Shown: one piece after another, positions 1 through 5,979 of the stretch
Position numbering within the stretch: the stretch's first letter is position 1
Layout of the letters: each line of letters starts with the position of its first letter
Assembly (NCBI GenBank): GCA_042216335.1
Contig: JBDGTY010000025.1
Span: 1 to 12,662, forward strand
Length of the DNA stretch: 12,662 nt
Source: Candidatus Nanohalobium sp.
GTDB lineage: Archaea > Nanohalarchaeota > Nanosalinia > Nanosalinales > Nanosalinaceae
Direction of reading: 5' to 3'
Program-made: the position numbers and the translations under genes
Notes under the pieces: generated by a model
Told to the model about the DNA's origin: nothing
Database searches by the model: none
What the model saw: the letters and a program-made list of their open reading frames with translations, nothing else

Positions 1-300
1 GGTTTTATAGCCGGTCAATCTGATTCTCTTGGCGGTGATCGTCAGGAAGTAAGGCAGAAGATGAATGAGGGTTTGAACCTTGTAATCAGGGGCATCCAGC
101 TTGTGGGCTTCATCATAGCTGTGGGCCAGGGAAGCTTTGCGGGACTGGAGTATCAGAGAGCTAAGGGCAACCCCAGCAAACGGGAAGAAGCCTTGGCAAC
201 CCTGAAAACATCCGTTATCGGAGCTATCGGTGTAGTAGTTGTCCCCGAGCTTCTGAAACTGTTGCTAGCTCCTTACGTCATAGGATGGTTCCTATCCTGA
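1..300 (+). CDS. Putative VirB2/TrbC-like (T4SS-type) pilin; probably 5'-truncated by the window
   Basis: Two hydrophobic helices separated by a loop AGLEYQRAKGNPSKREEALATLKTSVIG, matching the G..Y..A.G.P.K...A...I...IIG pattern of T4SS-type pilins. Frame 1 is open from base 1 (GFIAGQSDSLGGDRQEVRQK-MNEG...), so the start may lie upstream of ATG 61. Confidence 0.6.
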   Translation, partial: GFIAGQSDSLGGDRQEVRQKMNEGLNLVIRGIQLVGFIIAVGQGSFAGLEYQRAKGNPSKREEALATLKTSVIGAIGVVVVPELLKLLLAPYVIGWFLS

Positions 301-1616
301 AACCAGAGAACCTTTTTCCACTGGTTTTCACACTCTTTTTTGTATCACAAACACAGGCCATAGAATGCAGCTACTTCGACCATGAAAATACCCGGCATAT
401 CTGCCGATCATCCGAAAGGTACCTGGGAGAACCTGAAATCGGGCTGATAACCCGGTACACTGATCGAACCAGGAAGGAGATAGTCAGGGATTACAATGAG
501 GATGTAAGGACGCAGTTAAAGGATAAGAGCAGTTATTTTTTGGTGGAAAAGGCAGGGATTAAGATAGAGAAGCCGTATGAATCTGTATTAAGTTCTAAAA
601 AACTGTTTGTGCCTGTAAAAGGCAGGATAAATATTGAATACACATTTGAACCTGTGGATAAAGGCGAATGGATATATACAGAGGATGGTGGATGCCGGGA
701 CCAAGTCAAGATCCTGGACTATGACACAGAAGTCAGGAACTACGTTGATGGAGGATTTAAAGGAAACGGCGCATCTTTCAGTTACAGCACTGAAAAGAAG
801 AAGTTCAATGTGGAATCAGTTCTCAAAGCCTCGATTAAAGTTAGAAAAAGGAACAGAGTAGAAGGGAAAGATGGATGTAAATCCAGCGACAAGGTGAAGA
901 AGTACAGGAGAACATATACAGATAGAGAATCGTTTAAAACTGCTTCAGTTGATACAGGGAAAATTCACTTGATAAACTATGAGGATGGGCTGCTGCTCAA
1001 AGTTTCAGGAAAAAGTAGACTAGACGAGGTCAAGGCCCTGATTGGAAAGGGTTCTGCTACCTTCAAGAAAACGTATCGAATTGAGGAACAGAACAGGGAA
1101 CTCTTCCTGAAGGATACGGAGGAGTTTAAACTCAGCCAGTCATCCAATCTATCCGTTAAAACGATACGTAACAGGGATGTAAACTCTTACTTTATCTTCG
1201 AGCCAGGAAGATTCAGTGAATGTAAGCTGATCCTGACCTCTATAAGCGGCTCAAATACCAAGTATAGTTGCAACTCAGTCGGGAAGGGAATTCCTGACCT
1301 GGACGTTGCTCTGGTCGACAGAATTCAAGTTGAAGACCATACCATGATTAATTTTTCTGTTACCAGTAATAGCAGTCAGAAAATTCAGTTCACCGCAACT
1401 TTAAACGATAAGAGCAAAAGACTCGTGTTAAAGCAGGAAAAGGACTATTTCAGTCTTAGGATCCAAGATTCCGGTTTCCTGAGTATTCATGGGCCTGATA
1501 GTTCTGTTATTATGGATCAAGTATACGTTACTGAGCAGAAGCCTTCTCTCATACTGACGTATTTGATCTCGGTGATCGTGGCTTTTTCACTTGTTTTCCT
1601 GTACATCTGGGACTAG
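285..1616 (+). CDS. Hypothetical secreted, C-terminally membrane-anchored protein (443 aa)
   Basis: N-terminal signal-peptide-like segment (LFPLVFTLFFVSQTQA), beta-rich body with paired cysteines, C-terminal TM helix (LILTYLISVIVAFSLVFLYIW). Overlaps the pilin gene by 16 nt. Confidence 0.8.
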   Translation: MVPILKPENLFPLVFTLFFVSQTQAIECSYFDHENTRHICRSSERYLGEPEIGLITRYTDRTRKEIVRDYNEDVRTQLKDKSSYFLVEKAGIKIEKPYESVLSSKKLFVPVKGRINIEYTFEPVDKGEWIYTEDGGCRDQVKILDYDTEVRNYVDGGFKGNGASFSYSTEKKKFNVESVLKASIKVRKRNRVEGKDGCKSSDKVKKYRRTYTDRESFKTASVDTGKIHLINYEDGLLLKVSGKSRLDEVKALIGKGSATFKKTYRIEEQNRELFLKDTEEFKLSQSSNLSVKTIRNRDVNSYFIFEPGRFSECKLILTSISGSNTKYSCNSVGKGIPDLDVALVDRIQVEDHTMINFSVTSNSSQKIQFTATLNDKSKRLVLKQEKDYFSLRIQDSGFLSIHGPDSSVIMDQVYVTEQKPSLILTYLISVIVAFSLVFLYIWD

Positions 1617-1632
1617 GAACTTAGGATTTTTT

Positions 1633-1731
1633 CTATACCAGTGATGCGAGCATCCTGAAGACTGCCGAGAAGATCGAGATCAGGATTCGGAATCCTCCTA
1701 TTATGGTACTGGCGACGAGGTTGGCCAGCAT
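1633..1731 (-). CDS. Putative 32-aa hydrophobic/amphipathic peptide MLANLVASTIIGGFRILISIFSAVFRMLASLV
   Basis: Internal ATG of the listed 1633..1881 ORF, preceded by purine-rich AGGGAAAGG. Membrane-like composition. Stops 16 nt from the convergent upstream gene. Confidence 0.45.
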   Translation of the reverse strand: MLANLVASTIIGGFRILISIFSAVFRMLASLV

Positions 1732-1829
1732 CCTTTCCCTGTTATCGGGTGCGTGTTTCGAGTTGCCTGAACTGTGACTCACTGTACTTGTGTTGTGGAG
1801 CGCAATGTTTGTAAATGGTTCTGGAAGAT

Positions 1830-1843
1830 GTTCCACATGAAAT
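1830..1843 (+). promoter_or_regulatory. mini-ORB (GTTCCACATGAAAT)
   Basis: Core TTCCA-n3-GAAA dyad without G-string, immediately abutting the next ORB. Confidence 0.7.
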
Positions 1844-1864
1844 CTCCACTTGAAACCAGGGGGT
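1844..1864 (+). promoter_or_regulatory. ORB (CTCCACTTGAAACCAGGGGGT)
   Basis: Matches the archaeal origin recognition box consensus with a G5 string. Confidence 0.88.
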
Positions 1865-2037
1865 CGAAAACAGATTTCCAAACACTAGAACACACAGGAA
1901 AAGATCTGCGAAGTCCGAAACATTACAACCAAAGTTAAAGTAAAGAATAAACTTTCAGGAAAGACGAGAGAAAACCCAGAGAGCTATGGAAAAAAGAGAA
2001 GGCCAGAACCGATGTAGTTGTCCAGAAGTAAAACCTC

Positions 2038-2045
2038 TTTTAAAT
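2038..2045 (+). promoter_or_regulatory. Candidate TATA box inside the origin (TTTTAAAT)
   Basis: AAAACCTC-TTTTAAAT (BRE-like A-run, then TATA) about 30 nt upstream of ATG 2076. Confidence 0.4.
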
Positions 2046-2171
2046 GGTCGATTGTTCGGTGAAGAGTAACTAACCATGTCAGATGATTACCGAAGCAGGA
2101 GATGCGAAGACAGACTCGCTATGTTCAATAAAACAAGTGCTGAAGTCTCTGAAGTTGAAAGGCGGAACCTG

Positions 2172-2196
2172 CCCACCCCCTCGTTTCGTATGGAAC
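2172..2196 (-). promoter_or_regulatory. ORB (GTTCCATACGAAACGAGGGGGTGGG)
   Basis: Reverse complement matches the ORB consensus with an extended G-string. Confidence 0.92.
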
Positions 2197-2222
2197 AGGT
2201 TTTCTGAGAGGAGAAAACAGAT

Positions 2223-2275
2223 TATAACACTGACATAACTATATCACAACGTTATACTATTATCACGGCGTTATA
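2223..2275. repeat. Three 15-bp imperfect palindromes at exact 19-bp period in an AT-rich spacer
   Basis: TATAACactGACATA (2223-2237), TATCACaacGTTATA (2242-2256), TATCACggcGTTATA (2261-2275). Confidence 0.75.
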
Positions 2276-2300
2276 TCTGAAAAACTTTGAACTCTTAGCA

Positions 2301-2327
2301 GTTCCACACGAAATCAGGGGGTGGGGG
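2301..2327 (+). promoter_or_regulatory. ORB (GTTCCACACGAAATCAGGGGGTGGGGG)
   Basis: ORB consensus with a double G5 string; an inverted copy of the box at 2172-2196. Confidence 0.92.
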
Positions 2328-2342
2328 TCGGATTCACCTCGG

Positions 2343-2355
2343 CTTCACATGGAAG
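2343..2355 (-). promoter_or_regulatory. mini-ORB (CTTCCATGTGAAG)
   Basis: Reverse-strand TTCCA-n3-GAA core overlapping the BRE position of the cdc6 promoter. Confidence 0.55.
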
Positions 2356-2365
2356 AGATTATAAA
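2351..2365 (+). promoter_or_regulatory. Probable cdc6 promoter (BRE + TATA TTATAAA)
   Basis: GGAAGAGA-TTATAAA about 73 nt upstream of the cdc6 start. Confidence 0.6.
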
Positions 2366-2384
2366 CCTTGGTTTCGGTTGGAAT
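2366..2384 (-). promoter_or_regulatory. ORB/mini-ORB (ATTCCAACCGAAACCAAGG)
   Basis: Reverse-strand core with a degenerate G-string, between the TATA box and the expected transcription start. Confidence 0.75.
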
Positions 2385-2408
2385 AATCACGGGGGAGGAA
2401 AACGAAAA

Positions 2409-2441
2409 ATGACTGCTTCGACCAGGGTGACAGATCAGTGA
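2409..2441 (+). CDS. Candidate 10-codon upstream ORF (MTASTRVTDQ) overlapping the cdc6 start
   Basis: GGAGG at 2394-2398, ATG 2409, TGA 2439-2441 forming a GTGA overlap with the cdc6 GTG. Confidence 0.35.
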   Translation: MTASTRVTDQ

Positions 2442-3658
2442 GCCAGAGCAACTTGAAATCAATGTTCTCGAACTACGTGGACCAAGAATCACTATTCAAA
2501 AACAAGGACGCACTTACCACGAACTGGAAGCCCGACAACATACTACACAGGGAACAGCAGATGAACGACCTGGCTTCCATCCTGGCGCCAAGCCTGAAAG
2601 GGAACGATCCCAGCAACGTCTTTCTTTATGGCAGTGTGGGAACAGGAAAGACCCTGATAGTTAAGCACGTAACAGAAGAATTAAAGACTGTAGCGCAAGA
2701 CAAGGAGATAGAACTCAACGTTCTGTACATAAACTGCAAGATGAAGAAGGTTGCGGATACGGAATACCGTCTCCTGGCCAAACTTGCGAGGCAGCTGGGC
2801 GAAGACGTGCCTTCAACTGGTTTACCAACTGACGAGATCTACAACAGGTTCTTCGAGGCCTTGAAAGGCCAGAAAGGAGTAGTTATTATCGCACTGGACG
2901 AGATTGATGCTCTTGTTAAGAAGGTCGGGGATGAGTTCCTCTACAATCTTACAAGGATCAACGATGATCTGGATGAGACCAAGGTTTCCATTCTGGGGAT
3001 CTCGAACGACCTCAACTTCACTGAGTACATGGATTCTAGGGTAAAGTCGAGTCTTTCGGAGGAGGAGATCATCTTCCCCCCTTACAACGCGATAGAGCTC
3101 AGGGAGATTTTGAAGGAGCGTACTGATAAGGCCTTCATCGATGATGCGTTGAAAGATGGCGTTATCTCGAAGTGTTCGGCTCTCGCCGCCCAGGAACATG
3201 GTGATGCTCGCAGAGCTTTAGACTTACTCAGGGTGGCTGGTGAGTTAGCTGAGCGTTCGGAGGACGAGATCATAGAGAAGGAGCACGTTGATGACGCTCA
3301 GGATAAGATCGAGCGTGATAGGGTCGTTGAGACGGTTAGGTCTCAGCCGAAGCACTCCAAGCTCGTACTCTACACTATCCTTGATATGACCGAGGATGAG
3401 GACAAGATCGCGACAGGCGATGTCTACAGCGAGTACAAGGAACTGTGTCAGGATGTTGATGTCTCCGAATTGACCCAGAGAAGGGTTTCCGGCCTTATCA
3501 GCGAACTGGATATGCTCGGCGTCATCAATGCCAAGGTCATCAGCAAGGGGCGTTACGGCCGTACCAGGCAGATCAGCGTGGACCTGTCGGAAAACATACG
3601 CAAACAGTTGAACGACATGGTGGAGAACAAGTTCTACCTGGACGATGAGGACAAATAG
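2438..3658 (+). CDS. cdc6: Orc1/Cdc6 replication initiator
   Basis: Walker A GSVGTGKT, Walker B IIALDEID, RVKSSL box, sensor-2 GDARRAL, winged-helix wing SKGRYGRT. GTG start with GGGTGA SD at 2425-2430. Confidence 0.98.
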   Translation: MSQSNLKSMFSNYVDQESLFKNKDALTTNWKPDNILHREQQMNDLASILAPSLKGNDPSNVFLYGSVGTGKTLIVKHVTEELKTVAQDKEIELNVLYINCKMKKVADTEYRLLAKLARQLGEDVPSTGLPTDEIYNRFFEALKGQKGVVIIALDEIDALVKKVGDEFLYNLTRINDDLDETKVSILGISNDLNFTEYMDSRVKSSLSEEEIIFPPYNAIELREILKERTDKAFIDDALKDGVISKCSALAAQEHGDARRALDLLRVAGELAERSEDEIIEKEHVDDAQDKIERDRVVETVRSQPKHSKLVLYTILDMTEDEDKIATGDVYSEYKELCQDVDVSELTQRRVSGLISELDMLGVINAKVISKGRYGRTRQISVDLSENIRKQLNDMVENKFYLDDEDK

Positions 3659-3692
3659 TATTTCAGTTTTCCTTTTGGGAGGGGAATAGGTT

Positions 3693-5291
3693 TTGGAAGA
3701 AGAAGCAGTTAAACAGTTGACTCGGCAGGGCTGCATGGTTGAAAAGGATGCAGCTCAGGAACTCACGGAGGAAGACGTAGAGATGATCAAGTCTCTCGAC
3801 GCCACCCCGATGTTTGTATCGAAGAAGATGGTAGACCAGCTCAGGGAAAAGGCTGTCAACAGCGAAGATACGGTGGAGAAGGAGACCGAGGTTTCTTCTG
3901 GAGGTTCGGTTAAAACAGTTCAGAAGCAAAAAAAGAGTGTGGAAGAAGAGGAAAACCTTTCGGAAGAGGTCTCGAGCGAAGATATCCAGGCCGATGACGA
4001 ACTCGCGAAGGAGTTCGAGAATACGGGTTCCAAGTTCTCGAAGGACAAGACTGTAACTATACGAGACACCGGTTCCAGGGACGAGATGGATACCAAGGTC
4101 GAGGTCATGGATGAACATGACATCACGAAAGATGAGAAGGATGTACCTGAGTTCCTGGCGTACTACAACGACCGGTACGAGAAGATGCGGAAGCTTCTGA
4201 CCCGGAGGCAGGAGATGAAGTCCGCCACCACCATCAACCGATTGGAGAGACGGGATGAGGGTGAGGAAGCCACGACCATCGGCTTCGTGAACGACAAGTA
4301 CTCCACTAACTCAGGAAAATACATAGTAGAGCTCGAGGATAAGACCGGAAGTTTCAAGGCGCTCGTGGATGAAAGGGAGGGTGAGAGACTGGTCCCGGAC
4401 GAGGTTATCGGTGTCAGAGGCAGCATGGGTGGCGACATAATCTACGCCGATTCGATAGTCCGGCCCGACCTCCCGATACCGCAGGGCACTAATTCCACGA
4501 AGGATAAGGTCCAGGCGGCCTACATCTCCGACCTTCACATGGGTTCCCAGGACACTCTTCACAAGAGGCTTGACAGGTTCGCTGACTGGCTCTCCTCCGA
4601 CGCCCACAGCATCGGCTACGTGTTCATGCCGGGAGATCTTGTGGAAGGTGTCGGCATCTATCCGGGCCAGGAGGAAGAGCTTGAGGTGAAGGATATCTAC
4701 AAGCAGTACCAGCTCTTCGAGGAATGGTTCCAGAAAGTTCCGGAGGATATACAGGTGATCGCCTCGCCAGGAAACCACGATATAACGCGTTTAGCGGAGC
4801 CACAGCCCAGACTGCCAGATGAGGTGTTCCCGGAGATCAGAGACTACAATAACTTCCACCTGGTTCAGAACCCTCAGATGGTCAGGGCTCACGGAATCCG
4901 CAGCAAGGGCATCAAGAACCTGATGTACCACGGATACAGCTTCGACGACCACGTCGACATGATCAAAGAACTTAGAGAAAAGGCGTACGACGACCCTCAC
5001 CACGTAATGATAGATCTTTTGAAGAGAAGACATCTGGCCCCGACCTACGGAAGCAACATGCTGTCGCCCGAGGCAGAGGACAACATGGTGATAACAGAGG
5101 AACCGGACGTCATGGTCTCAGGCCACTTCCACAGCCACTCCAACACCACATATAAGGGCGTGAACGTCATCTGCGCATCAACATTCCAGGCACAGACAGA
5201 CTTCCAGAAAAGGGTCGGTCACGAACCGGACCCAGGAAAAGTCACTATCTTAGATATGAAGAGTCGGAAGACGGAGGTGAAGCAGTTTTAG
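3693..5291 (+). CDS. polB: DNA polymerase D small subunit DP1 (PolD1; 3'-5' exonuclease)
   Basis: OB fold (ELEDKTG...LVPDEVIGVRG) and calcineurin-like motifs SDLH, GDLVEGVGIYPGQ, PGNHD, YHG, RRHLAPTYG, GHFH. TTG start after a GGGAGG SD. Confidence 0.97.
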   Translation: MEEEAVKQLTRQGCMVEKDAAQELTEEDVEMIKSLDATPMFVSKKMVDQLREKAVNSEDTVEKETEVSSGGSVKTVQKQKKSVEEEENLSEEVSSEDIQADDELAKEFENTGSKFSKDKTVTIRDTGSRDEMDTKVEVMDEHDITKDEKDVPEFLAYYNDRYEKMRKLLTRRQEMKSATTINRLERRDEGEEATTIGFVNDKYSTNSGKYIVELEDKTGSFKALVDEREGERLVPDEVIGVRGSMGGDIIYADSIVRPDLPIPQGTNSTKDKVQAAYISDLHMGSQDTLHKRLDRFADWLSSDAHSIGYVFMPGDLVEGVGIYPGQEEELEVKDIYKQYQLFEEWFQKVPEDIQVIASPGNHDITRLAEPQPRLPDEVFPEIRDYNNFHLVQNPQMVRAHGIRSKGIKNLMYHGYSFDDHVDMIKELREKAYDDPHHVMIDLLKRRHLAPTYGSNMLSPEAEDNMVITEEPDVMVSGHFHSHSNTTYKGVNVICASTFQAQTDFQKRVGHEPDPGKVTILDMKSRKTEVKQF

Positions 5292-5292
5292 T

Positions 5293-5979
5293 ATGCCTGA
5301 AGTTGACGTGATTAATTCGCCGGATGATGTAGATGCTGACAGGGTAGCAACGCTGGACCTGGGAGGAACGCTGGTCAAGGACGGTTACCTGCCTGCCACG
5401 TTCTCCTATATAAACAGAGAACTGGGCATGTCCAGGGAAGCAGAGAGAAATGTCTTCAGGACTCACCAGGGTGATTCAGGAGATATAGAGGATTATCATG
5501 AGTATGCAAATCATCTTACACTTTCCTTGAGGAATGCTGACACAGGAAAAGATTTGACTGATTTCATGGTTTATGCAAATGCTGTTCAGGACCTGATAGA
5601 TGATCGCAGCATTATATCCGGGGCAGGAGAGTTTGTGGACTATCTTCAGGAGGAAGGTTACCACACTGTAGCGCTTTCATCCGCGCCCAGGGCTGTTACA
5701 GTGCCGTTTGCTGATGACATAGGTATTGATGCGGTTTACAGGTTCAGAGATTACGTCTTCGACAGTGAAACAGGAGATTTCCAGATGGTTTACGTGGATG
5801 AGGATGCACCTAACGGTAAAGAAGATATAGTTGAGCTTCTTGAGGAGGATTCAGAAGTGCTTCACGTAGGTAACGGTGGAAATGATGTCGGCGCGTTTAA
5901 TAAGGCCAGTGAAAAGATTGAGAGACACGACTGGAGTAGAAATGATGAGGCATATGAAGAGGCTAGAAAAGTGGTATAG
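5293..5979 (+). CDS. HAD-superfamily hydrolase, phosphoserine-phosphatase-like fold with atypical motifs
   Basis: Motif I TLDLGGTL, motif II LSSA, motif III K (PNGK), motif IV VGNGGND, with a cap between motifs I and II. Confidence 0.8.
   Translation: MPEVDVINSPDDVDADRVATLDLGGTLVKDGYLPATFSYINRELGMSREAERNVFRTHQGDSGDIEDYHEYANHLTLSLRNADTGKDLTDFMVYANAVQDLIDDRSIISGAGEFVDYLQEEGYHTVALSSAPRAVTVPFADDIGIDAVYRFRDYVFDSETGDFQMVYVDEDAPNGKEDIVELLEEDSEVLHVGNGGNDVGAFNKASEKIERHDWSRNDEAYEEARKVV

Larger units (their letters stand above)
1830..2384. other. oriC: Chromosomal origin of replication (oriC) adjacent to cdc6/orc1
   Basis: Intergenic region directly upstream of cdc6 with six TTCCA-n3-GAAA-type boxes in both orientations, three with G-strings, plus A-rich and AT-rich spacers. 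Confidence 0.92.

Noticed and set aside
3..9. TTTTATA as a promoter for ATG 61
   Set aside because: It lies in an open frame continuous with the pilin ORF, so it is more likely coding; this cannot be settled at the window edge.
1683..1695. GGATTC-G-GAATCC inverted repeat
   Set aside because: Short, has a 1-nt loop and lies inside a probable coding region; compatible with chance.
1732..1881. N-terminal part of the listed 82-aa minus-strand ORF
   Set aside because: Begins at TTG, runs through two ORB boxes and has no protein-like character; only the last 32 codons were kept.
2223..2275. CRISPR or mini-array interpretation of the repeats
   Set aside because: Units are 15 bp with 4-bp gaps, there are no spacer-sized unique sequences, and there are no cas genes in the window.
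4633..4650. DP1 GDLVEG in place of GDxxDG as a sign of inactivation
   Set aside because: Conservative D-to-E change, and all other metal-ligand motifs are intact.
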